DNA of 64,000 bases from Paramoeba atlantica (lineage: Eukaryota; Protista; Discosea): the NCBI GenBank assembly GCA_977017575.1, contig CDRNVI010000003.1, forward strand, positions 620,001 to 684,000, given 5' to 3'. The notes under the pieces are model-generated. The model did no database searches and had not been told where the DNA came from. It saw nothing but the letters and a program-made list of their open reading frames with translations. Below are positions 43,044 to 53,290 of this stretch, one piece after another; position 1 is the stretch's first letter, and each line of letters opens with the position of its first letter. The position numbers were made by a program, and so were the translations under genes.

Positions 43044-43236
43044 AGAGTTTTAAAAACCTAGGAGAAACTCGTTTTGTGCGAGGATTGCGTGCTAGTCATG
43101 CATCTTCTAGGTATCAATCTCTGCAGTTAAACTGCATGAATATCAAAAGCGTGTGCGTGATTGAAAGTCAAAATGCATAGGTACTTAGTCACACACACAA
43201 AAAAAAATGTGTGATGTATTATTATTATACTATTAT

Positions 43237-44310
43237 TAATGCCGTGGCAGATCAGTTCGCCGACCTTTGCAGCAGAGCCAAACTGGCCCCACAACGAGAA
43301 AAAAGTCTTGGCAACAGAGGCCCAGGGGGCGCCCTCACCAGACCCGGCGATGTCTATTTGCCCGGTCTCCAGTTGGGGAATCCGATTGTACTTGACTTCG
43401 CGGTCACCCATGCTCAGCAACTAAAATATGCGGACAAAGTCCGGAATGCTAGCTGGGTAACCGCGGGGTCATTTGCTGAACAATATTCATCAACGCAAAA
43501 GGGCCAGCAGAGACACGAATCTGAAGAAGCCGGCTGTGCCTTCACCGCCATGGTGGTGGAGAGCTACGGTGCGTGGAGCAGCAGTGCATCCGCAGTACTC
43601 CGTAAAGTTGGAGAACGGCTTGCGGGTTATTTTGCGGGCTCGTGCGGGTTATTGACAGAAGGGGGGGCGACGAGCAGAATCTTCACGGAGTTAAACGTGA
43701 CCCTCATGCGCCTTCAGGCCCGCATGATGGTTAATCGCCTTCTCCCTTATGACCCGTTTTCTTGCTTCGGGGAGTAAACGTTTCCTGACCGGACGGCAGT
43801 CAGCACAGACCCACGTTTGCGCCCTCATAGATGGCTGGCCTGGATGCTGGTCGATGCCGACAGGGTCTATGCTCACGCCTAGCCCTCAAGGGCTAGGTAC
43901 TCCAAGTGAGGTAGGACATGGGTCGGGAACTAAAACTTCCTCCCCGTCGGCCAGCACCCTGTTTCGCGACCGTGCCGCTGTCGGCACAAGCCCGCGCCTG
44001 CGCCCTCCCATATAACAAAGGAAGGGTTCACAAGTCAGGCCGAGGAGTGGTCGAAAGACCCGGTCCGGAACGCGCGAATGAATTGGGCATAAATTGCTTC
44101 TTTTTATTATTATTGTTATCAAAATCATAAATAACTTAAGGCAGGTTGAATTACTAGTTTTGGGCTACAACATGTGAAATTGCTAATTTGATTGCTTGTT
44201 TTCAACTCGTATATCCCCCAATGGACCTACTTGGTTCGTCTACTGGGTTAAAATATAGAGGCAATGCCGCGACTCATACTTCTCCCCCCTCATTAATTAA
44301 AAAAAAAAAA
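43237..44310 (+). mobile_element. 5'-truncated CRE-A copy: REL domain, 3' UTR, poly(A)
   Basis: RPGD..LDFAVT ORF ends at 43777; 3' UTR homologous to 29200-29595; A-run at 44299-44310. Confidence 0.85.
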
Positions 44311-44345
44311 TTTAACGATAAAGATACAGTTTCTGTACCTTGTTG
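44311..44345 (+). other. SL relic (nt 3-37) directly after the CRE-A poly(A)
   Basis: TTTAACGATAAAGATACAGTTTCTGTACCTTGTTG, then a 10-nt repeat TACCTTGTTG and sequence X. Confidence 0.85.
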
Positions 44346-44695
44346 TACCTTGTTGCTTTTCTTTCCTACAACATCTTCTGGACCATGGGAGGGCACCCCC
44401 CTCAAATTCTCACTCTATTGCCGGCATCCCTCCTCCCTCTCTCATCCCATCATCCCCTCGCGTCATATCCCCCCACCTCTTCCTCCCGCCTCTGCGCGCT
44501 CGTTGTTCTTGACTTCGCTCTCTGTACGCACACCTTCTTTGAGTTTTTTTCTTCTTCTTCTATTCCGTAAAAAAAAACGCCTTCAAATATCTTTTTTTTT
44601 TACTTTTTGTATGTCTTCATGTCACACATATTCATCATTTTGCACGTGCCTCCTTCTAAAAAAAAAGCAAACTTTCTTTCTAAAACAAAGCAACT

Positions 44696-45745
44696 TCAAA
44701 ACATTGCCTTTCCCTCATCCTCCGCTGCTAAATAGCGGTGTAATTGGGATAACAGAGTTGAACCGTTCAATTCTTGAAGCAAAAGAGCAAAATCCTCTAA
44801 AATGGACTGTCTGGAGAGTTGACAACGATCTGCTAGAGCACCCAGAAGGTTCTTTGTGTTACTATGCAACGCTCCTCCGGACAATAAAGCGAGGCATTTG
44901 AATTTCTCTTTGGCTATCAACCCTGACGAAACGTAACGCTCAAGCTTTTTGTTGGTCGCTTCCCTCATCATTTTGCACGGTTGTTTGTTCACGTGTGCCT
45001 GAGACAATTCATGGATCAGTCAAATCGTAGAATACTGTGCCGTCCGCCCAATAAACTGCTAGATCCGGCCCTGATCGGTGGATGTTACCATGGCAGCTGC
45101 GCTGGTGTTCTAAGCGCGTTTCCTCTGTTACCGCTGACTGGCAGCTAGCGCACACAAGAGTGGCAAATTCCCTTGGCTCTTTCTCACAAACCAGACCGCT
45201 TTTCAGGCACAAATCGTGAATATAACGGACTAAGGCATTGTGCTTGGTAGTTGCGTTCACGCCAGAGCACTTCACGCATCCCGGAATGTGATTCAACGCA
45301 GTAGCCGATGTTAAAGTGCACTTGCAACCAGGACAAAGTAAATCATTTGGAAGTCGAGGGTGTTTAAGCGCAAAACGTGGCATTATCGCCAATTTGAATT
45401 TGGAACTCGGAACCAAACGCACTTTAGAGGTAATCCAGGAAAATTGCCCCTTTTGAGATGAAAGCATAATGATGGGAGCGAGGCTTTTATCTTTCAGCAA
45501 CTCTTCACGGACTCCATTGTGATATTTCTCTTCTGTCACGAACTCATCATTAGGTGGATTAATGTCGCAATTATCACTTCCAAGAGGGACCGGAGCGTTC
45601 CGTATTTGTGTAGCCCAAGCTGAAGAAGCTTTTCTGTGCTCCAGAGCTGCACTGCGGGACGCGTCATAAGAGGCTCCTCTCAACGGTTCCATGGGAGTGA
45701 TGCCTAAGCCACCTTTTATTAACACAACTAATCTTTCCCAGTAAA
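44696..45745 (-). pseudogene. CRE-B C-terminal region, frameshifted near 45010
   Basis: KGGLGITP, CPGC..H..GC..C, CEKEPR, SGPD, FYDLT, CLALLSGGALH. Confidence 0.8.
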
Positions 45746-46195
45746 CGCAAACTGAGCACTTTACTTTATGGTTATTTTCCTGAAGGACAAATATCACAAT
45801 GACAAAAATGTAAATTCGTGTTAGTAATTATACTCGGAAAGTCAGGTAATCGTTCAGACGAAATATATGATATTTTATTGAACATTAGAAATAATTTCCA
45901 TAAGTTAAAACTTTTTGCAAAAGTTAATAAAGCTTTTGCTTTACTTTGCAACTCGAAAATTTTGGACCACCACCCTTCCCTTTACATAATTAGAAAAAAA
46001 AATTAGCAAAATCAAAATTTTCGAATAATCGCCCCTTTGCACAAATGATGGCGAATATATCTAAATATAGTTACCTTCGTCAAAAAAAAAAAAGATATTT
46101 TATTGACTATTGATATAAGAGTTGAAGTTTAGACGACTGAAAGTTTTATAATGAACACATTTTTTATAATGAACACATTTTAAAAAAAAAAAAAT

Positions 46196-48151
46196 GTGAA
46201 GCCGGAAGAAATCTGCCGGAAGACCATCGCTGAACACATTGACGACGACGACTTCATACTTTGTAAAGTCGATCTAAAAAACGCATTTAATAATGTTTCG
46301 CGAGATTCTTTTACGGCCCTAGCGCGCCGCCACTTCCCTAAACTGGGTTGCTATGTGGAATGGTGCTACAATGCGGGAAGCATTCTTACCTTTGGTTCCC
46401 GGACCATCGAATCCTCCGAAGGGGTACAGCAAGGCGACCCGCTTGGACCTCTTCTTTTCTCACTGGTCATGAAAGAAGTCGCATGGAAAATCCGTGTGGC
46501 CGCCCCAAACCTCGACCTCAACCTGTGGTTCTTGGATGACGGGGTACTAGCAGGACCATCTTGCGACGTACGGCATGCTCTAGACGTGATTGCGATAACC
46601 GGCCCAAAATGGGGATTACACCTCAACGTGGCAAAGTGCGAGCTTATATCACACCCCGCTTCCTCCCACCGTTCTTCCCTTTTCCCCGACATTCCCGGTT
46701 TGAACAAAAATGGGGAAGGTAATTTCCATATTTTGGGGAGCCCGGTTGGATCCACCCAATTTTGCCGAGAGTTCTTCCTCAAAAACGCAATCGACTTAGC
46801 CGAAGAGTCGTTGGAGGCCATAACCACGCTTGATGATCCCCAGATTGCATTGTCTCTGATCCGACACTGTACAGGTTTCTGTCAAATGGTGTACTCTCTC
46901 AGATCCACTCCGAGCGCTGAACTACAGGATATCTGCAAACGCCTAGACGATGCCGTCCAGCGTACCACTGAACACTTCTTTCGCCCTCTGAGCGATGGGG
47001 CCCGACGCCAGGCGCAACGTGAAAAGCGGTACGGGGGGTTGGGGCTCCGGTCAGCGGAGGAACACGCGAGTTCCGCCTACGTAGCCTCCGTCGCTTTTGC
47101 ATCAAACAAAGACCGGTGGGACCCAGAGGACGCTGAGGGGTTCACCCAAGCTGTTCGGGAGGTCAACAAACGCACCGGGACGGCAGTCGTCGAACAGTGC
47201 GGATTAATATCAAAAAGCCTCGCATTGTCGATGACCACGCTTAACTCGAATAACGATGCACAAGAACTTAGCACAGAGCTGGTAATTCCTCGCCAACGCG
47301 ATCTGAGTCATGCCATCGCTTCCTACGAATTTCGGGAGTCGTTTGCTCGTGCCGACCTTCGAACGAGGGCCAGATGGACATCGGAAACGGGAGAAGGGGC
47401 CTCGGAGTGGGCTTTCGTAATCCCCTCCAAGAAAAGCGGCTTAGCCTACACACCGACTGAATTCCGTACTCTTGTGCGTTGGTGGCTCGGGGATACTATT
47501 TACCCAGCTTTCCGGCCCTGTCCTCTGGAGAAATGCTCGTTGCCGCTTGACCCCGAAGGTGACCACGCACTGGTATGCAAGTGCGGGCACGGCATAATCG
47601 CACGGCACAACGCCATTGCGGGACAGTTCACAACAGAGTGTGCCAAAGCCGGGTTTACCCCACGGCGAGAAGTGAGTCTGGGGAATACGGGCCCCGGAGG
47701 CACCCTCACCAGGCCAGCGGACGTATTTCTTTCCACATTCGACGTAGGCCAGTCTCTCGTATTAGACTTCGCTGTCACTCACGTCCAGCAGCCAAAGTAT
47801 ACGGACTTAGTCCGTGACGCTAACTGGGTGGCAGCGGGGTCTTTCGCGGAGCGCTACGCGACGGAAAACAAAAAGAAACAAAGAGAGGAAGCAGAAGCCG
47901 CACGCCACAGGTTTGGTGCTATGGTGGTGGAGACCTACGGGGCATGGAGTCCCAGTGCCTTCGCCATTCTCAAGGAGGTAGCTGCTTCACGGTCAGCGTA
48001 CTCCGGGGGACTCTCGAAGGGTGAAGCCCTTCATCAACTGGTCACAACGCTGAACGTCGCCCTCATGAGGACACAAGCTCGTATGCTTGTACTGCGCCTC
48101 CCCGCAGCCTCCCCCGATATCTGTGTTAATGGGTACGGGAACGAAGAGTAG
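46196..48151 (+). CDS. 5'-truncated CRE-A-type RT-REL ORF, 651 aa; 3' UTR and A-run extend to ~48400
   Basis: DLKNAFN, GVQQGDPLGP, FLDD, GGLGLR, RHN, RPAD..LDFAVT. Confidence 0.85.
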   Translation: MKPEEICRKTIAEHIDDDDFILCKVDLKNAFNNVSRDSFTALARRHFPKLGCYVEWCYNAGSILTFGSRTIESSEGVQQGDPLGPLLFSLVMKEVAWKIRVAAPNLDLNLWFLDDGVLAGPSCDVRHALDVIAITGPKWGLHLNVAKCELISHPASSHRSSLFPDIPGLNKNGEGNFHILGSPVGSTQFCREFFLKNAIDLAEESLEAITTLDDPQIALSLIRHCTGFCQMVYSLRSTPSAELQDICKRLDDAVQRTTEHFFRPLSDGARRQAQREKRYGGLGLRSAEEHASSAYVASVAFASNKDRWDPEDAEGFTQAVREVNKRTGTAVVEQCGLISKSLALSMTTLNSNNDAQELSTELVIPRQRDLSHAIASYEFRESFARADLRTRARWTSETGEGASEWAFVIPSKKSGLAYTPTEFRTLVRWWLGDTIYPAFRPCPLEKCSLPLDPEGDHALVCKCGHGIIARHNAIAGQFTTECAKAGFTPRREVSLGNTGPGGTLTRPADVFLSTFDVGQSLVLDFAVTHVQQPKYTDLVRDANWVAAGSFAERYATENKKKQREEAEAARHRFGAMVVETYGAWSPSAFAILKEVAASRSAYSGGLSKGEALHQLVTTLNVALMRTQARMLVLRLPAASPDICVNGYGNEE

Positions 48152-48448
48152 TCTTCGTGGAACCCGCGGCTTTTCTTGGGAGTTTTCTTGGGTGGGGGGC
48201 CCTTTTCTATGATGGGGGGATGTGGCCAGCGTCCGGATTTCCTGCGGATTTTAAGGTACGGGGTTGGCGCTTTGAAGGGAGGTAGGGGTTTGCTAGTTTT
48301 TGGTTTGCTAGTTTCGGGATTAAGACTTTTGGATACGTAATTGGACAGTTGTAATAAATGCAAAACACATTGCTATCGTCATCTATTGCTATCAAAAAAA
48401 TGTGATATAGGAAAGAATTGCCTCTTCAGGAGGTTTTCTAAAAAAAAC

Positions 48449-49152
48449 TCAGCTCGGACCGACAACCTCGAAATACATTTCTGACGTCATAAATGGTAGC
48501 AACTTGTTCATTTGTGCCTTGGTCAAAGGCTGGGCTTGTTGAAATGGAATTTGCGATCCGCAGCCACCTTTGCGAGTTGGAAGACGGATCCATGAAATTT
48601 GAGTATCTGTCAGTTGGCCAAACCAGTTTTTGAGGACATCATCTACGCTTGCATCGAACTCCTGTGCCAAATTCAGTGTCGCGGGTGTATGCAGTGTTGT
48701 ATTTTGATTTTTGAGGTGACATGCATCACGCAAGAGACGTGCACTCCTCAGCAGGAAGAAGAAAACTTCCTGTCTCTTCAGTTTGCCGGAGCGTAAATGG
48801 GTTATCCGTGCTCATCAACAAACCTCCGAGACAAGAAGTCTCACTTTCCTCTGCTTCAGAGTACACAATCTCATCACTTACCCATTGAAAGCATTCCGCA
48901 ACACTCTCCATCTTTCCAGTTTGCCGGAGCGTAAGTGGGTTTTCCGTGCTCATCAACAAACCTTCAAAATGAAGAGTGTCTCGTCCTGCTTTCAACGAGC
49001 ACATGATCTTTTTGCATGCGCATGCCACACTCAGTGCCTTTTTCACCTTTCCAGTGTCGTTTGCTTCGGAGCGCGGGCGAAAGCGAGGGTCCTCCGACGA
49101 TGTGACATTTGAAAGGATCATAAAAGGAATAAAAATCAACAAGGTACAGAAA
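48449..49152 (-). other. SL-headed chimeric fragment: 16-nt SL remnant, a segment with a ~45-bp repeat, then a CRE-B thumb fragment
   Basis: TTTCTGTACCTTGTTG (rc of 49137-49152); GTTTGCCGGAGCGTAA..CATCAACAAACCT at ~48781 and ~48920; WFGQLT..RLPTRKGG at 48560-48680. Confidence 0.6.
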
Positions 49153-49201
49153 ATTGATGTTTGCTTAATTTCCCACATAGCTGCTTGCCCACGTGCTGCG
49201 T

Positions 49202-49345
49202 AATTTGGGCCGCGCCCTCTTCGGGATACCAATCTGGTAAAACCCGCATGTGAAGTCCCGCTTCACAGCCATCGGCTCGTGCGCCTTATGAAGGTACTTG
49301 GAGGGATGATATAAAGGGACCTGTGGTTCATATCCTTTAAGTCTA
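49202..49345 (-). repeat. ~143-bp exact copy of T4 RT sequence (18298-18443)
   Basis: AATTTGGGCCGCGCCCTCTTCGG..CCTTTAAGTCTA; I saw no differences by eye. Confidence 0.9.
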
Positions 49346-49453
49346 CTTTTTTTTTATGTGATATAAGCCCCTCGGCTAAATTTCCATGCGTAGACTTCTA
49401 GATTTTATCCCATCTAACCTAAATTTATTCATTACTAACAAAGGAAAAACCAC

Positions 49454-52088
49454 TTAGAAAGCGAGAGCCATCTCACTCTCATCAGAAATAAGCTTCTTCA
49501 ACTCCGAAAAGGTCACAGCTCCGTTGAGTTCCTGTAAGTGGAGAGTAAATTCTTGGAGAGTGTTCTCTCTATTCTGGCCGGCGCTGTCCGCGAGTGTGAA
49601 AAGAAGCATCTTGAGATTGTCGTGCATCGCACCTCCGGACAAAATCGGAAGGCATTTAAACTTTTTGTCGGGGATCATTCCAGATTGCACGTAAGTAATT
49701 TGCTTGCGTCGAATCGCATCCTTCATGAGCGCAGCACTCCGTTTCCCTAAATTGGAGGTCGCCAGTTCATGGATTACGGTAAAATCGTAATACACCTCAC
49801 CAGATGCCCAGTAGATAGCAATGTCAGGCCCAGATCGATGTAGGACAGCATTTCTACATGTTTGGATATGTTCACGTTTCCTTCCGCAGTCAAACGAGGC
49901 TCCACAAGAGGTGCATTTGTAGGAAGTGAACTGTCGGGGCTCGCGCTCACAGGGGATTCCAGCTTTCATACATAAATTATAAATCCGTCTGACTAAAGCA
50001 TCGTGCTTTGTTGACACGTTACTCCCTGAACATTGCGCACATCCGGATACATGGGCCATTTCAGCTTCGGCTGAAAGAAGAATGTGGCAACCAGGGCATT
50101 GTAAATTTTCTGGAAGACCCTTATGTGCGACCCCCAAGCGTGGTAGCAGTGCTAATGTGAATAGTTTTGACGGGACCAATTTGACGGTCGAGTGTAGCCA
50201 TCTCGAGTTCCCTTTTTCGCTTGTTGCACGAATGGTTGGAGCAATCCTGTTATTTTTTAGGAGTTCGTCGCGGATTCCTTTGCTCAACATAGCCTCTGTT
50301 GAAAATTCATCGGTTGGGCGGCGTGACTTTCCTTCCATATCCCCGATCGGCTGGGGAGGCATGGGGGCTACTGCTCGAACTGAAAATTTGTTTAAACGTT
50401 CAAGGGCAGCGTGCTGAGATGCCTCGTAAGCCGATTTGCGGAGGATAACAGAGGGAGTCAGACCAAGACCACCTTCCTTCACCGGTAACCGAGCCAACGC
50501 TTTTTGGTGTATGTCCAGCGGTCCGAACCAAGTATTTAAAACGTCATCTACCTGTTGATCGAACTGCTTAGTAAGTTCAAAACATTCTTGCGGCCGATGT
50601 ACCCGAATGTGATATCTATGACGAACATTCACGCATCTCGCAAGCAACAAGAGTGAAATATTATTGGCACCCATTGCTTTGAGACGTCGAAAGGCTGCGT
50701 ACTACCAATAAAAGCACCAAGCACTTTGGTTGATTCTGAATCTGTTTTCACGCCTGCTGCGTCAAGTCTTGCCGGGATGGGTAATTGCCGTTGTCCCCCA
50801 AACCACGCACACTTATGTAATGCCACTTGCAAATTTTGTGTCAGTAGAAGACTCCGCAAACGTTCGAAGGCTTTGGCTAAGAGGTCCCCATCTCTGGACG
50901 CCATGTTGATATCGTCGACAAATGCAAATATCTGCACCCCTGGAAATTCCTCTGCAAGTGTTTCTAGAATCGGTTGCAACATGGCGCAGAAATAAAGGGT
51001 TGAAAGTGGCGATCCTTGCCGCACCCCCGCCGAGCTTTGAATGGTGCCTGCGAACTTGCCATCTGCCCCGTAAAATAGCAGTTCAGACGGTTCTGCGTAT
51101 TCCGCAGTGAAAATGCGTCGGAAAGGACGGAGCGTGGACATTCCAAAAACGCATTTCGCTATCTCATCACGGGAAGGAGAATTAAAGGCGTTGGTCAGAT
51201 CTACAGAGAGGATAGCGTGCCCCATATTGTAAAGATCGGTCAGTTCATGGATTACCTTTTCGCAACCGTTTTTCATCATAACTCCGTATTGAAAAGGGGC
51301 GAACAAAGGAGGGAGCGTCTTTTCGTAGCGTTGTAGGAGGAGAATCCCTGCTAGTTTTAAAATGATTTCCCCCATAGCTATCGGTCGGATGTTATTGTCT
51401 GGTTTCGGTAGCGCCAGGAGCCGAGCTCTCTTGAGTCTATGCATGACATCTTTTGCCAAATTCCCGTTTACTAAATCTTTTATCATGTGACACAGACAAG
51501 AACAACAGATTTCGTCGTCCAGGAGGCGAAGAACCCCATCTGTCGTTCCTGAGGGACCTGGCGCTGCTCCTTTTGAGAGCCTCTTGCCAGCTTCACGCAA
51601 CTCCACAGTCGAAATGCAAGCTACGGCCGGCGCATCCGAAGGGAGATTAAAGGTACACGGTAGCTGAGGGTGTAGATCTCGGAGTTTTGTCATCACTTCC
51701 GCGTCCGAAAGCGTTCCTTTTCGCATGTCTATATCAATTACTTTTGAGGCCTTCGAGGTACATCCATCCAAAACGAGGCGAATAGCTTTTTTCATTGCAC
51801 GGATGTCTGACCGTTCAAGGTTGTCAGCCGACATTGTTGAGTCACTAATATCATCGCTATTCTGGCGTCTTTTATTCTACCGTTCTTCTCTCTGATTGTC
51901 GCCAGTGAATGCTTCGTTGCCGACATCAATCGATGCCAGATTCGGTTTCCGTATTCATAGTTGCTGTCCGCGTAATCGCGTATTATGTCACGGAAAATAG
52001 TTACCACTCCTGGTACGAATTCTGGAGATATTGTGCGCATTGTGGGCAGCGGCTCTAAGTCCAGATCTTTCTCCGTGTGGTTCACGGC
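49454..52088 (-). pseudogene. 5'-truncated CRE-B element; RT-REL with two deletions/frameshifts
   Basis: RPIAMGE, DLTNAFNSP, GVRQGSPLS, FVDD, GGLGL, CPGC, SGPD, YYDFT; breaks near 50700 and 51830. Preceded by the poly(A) of an upstream fragment. Confidence 0.85.
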
Positions 52089-52090
52089 AG

Positions 52091-52315
52091 TTTTTTTTTT
52101 TTTTTTACCGATTAAAACACAAAGATTTCGAATAACGGATCACAAACGTCACAAACAATCTGTCATAAGGCTGCGAACACCATAAAGATCTAAAATCCTG
52201 CATCTTTTTTTTAACTGTGTGTATGCGACAGCGCCGTTAAGTTCTTGGTGTTCTTATAAAAAAGGTGTTCTTATAAAAAAGGTGTTCTTATAAAAAAGGT
52301 GTTCTTATAAAAAAG
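52091..52315 (-). repeat. Very short CRE-B 3' fragment with poly(A), headed by a 17-bp tandem repeat (GGTGTTCTTATAAAAAA x4 on +)
   Basis: 52211-52246 duplicates 52502-52537; T-run at 52091-52106. Confidence 0.75.
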
Positions 52316-52454
52316 GATGATAGTAATCATACTATGTGCTATTTCATTTCGTTTGAAGCTACGCATCGTTCCATTCACATGGTAAGATCAACAATTTTCA
52401 ATAATTGAAAAACCAAATTATTACTGATTTGTCGCAATGGCATACCTAGTATGG

Positions 52455-53290
52455 TTAAATTGTGCATTCGCTTTCTTGCTTGTCTCGTCCAAGATATTTC
52501 TTTAACTGTGTGTATGCGACAGCGCCGTTAAGTTCTTGCAAGAGAAGTTGAAACTCCTCTTTTATTTGTTGTCGGGGACGTCCGCTGGCATCCGCCAGTG
52601 CCGTAAGCAGAGCTTGTGTGTCCGTGTGCATAGAGCCTCCTGATAATATGGGAATGCATTTAAAGGATTCTTCAGCTATTTTGCCGGTTTTAACGTAGGT
52701 ATCATGTTTTCGTTTACAAGCCTCTCGAAATAGATTGGCGCATTTAACTGCGAGATTGGAGGGTGCTAGTTCATGGACGATTGTCAAGTCATAGTAGATT
52801 TCTCCACTTGCCCAATGAACAACTAAGTCGGGTCCTGATCGGCGAAACGATTTGCCGCCGCATGTTTTTTCGTGTGTCCTCTTGTGACTCGGGTCGACGA
52901 CCTCATCGCATTGTGTGCACCGGAGGGTAGAGAAGGTGCGCGGCTCTTTCTCGCACGGAATACCGGTTTTCAAGCACAATTCGTAGAGGAAGTTTACCAA
53001 TGTGCTGTGTTTGACCGTTGCATTTTACCCTGCGCATTTGGAACATCCTGTGACGTGTCGTATCATATTGTCGGAGTTCAGCAGAATTTTACAACCAGGA
53101 CAGACAATGTGGGAAGGTAGATCTGGATGTGGAATTCCTAGCCTTGGCATTATAGCGAGCCGAAAGAGATGGGGTGGAATAAGTCTTGCATTTGAAAGTA
53201 CCCATTCATTGTTTCCTTTATAGGCTACTTTTTCGAGAATTTTCTATATGTCTGAGGTACCGCTCGTTAGCCTTTTCCACGTCTTTGAGT
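52455..53290 (-). pseudogene. CRE-B C-terminal fragment with an in-frame TAA
   Basis: CPGC..H..GC..CAG*NATVKH, CEKEPR, SGPD, YYDLT. Confidence 0.8.

Larger units (their letters stand above)
38283..43208 (+). mobile_element. Apparently full-length two-ORF non-LTR retrotransposon with REL endonuclease (R4/NeSL/HERO-like group)
   Basis: SL at the 5' end, ORF1 and ORF2 separated by 6 nt, ~155-bp 3' UTR ending in an A-run at ~43199-43207. Confidence 0.82.
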
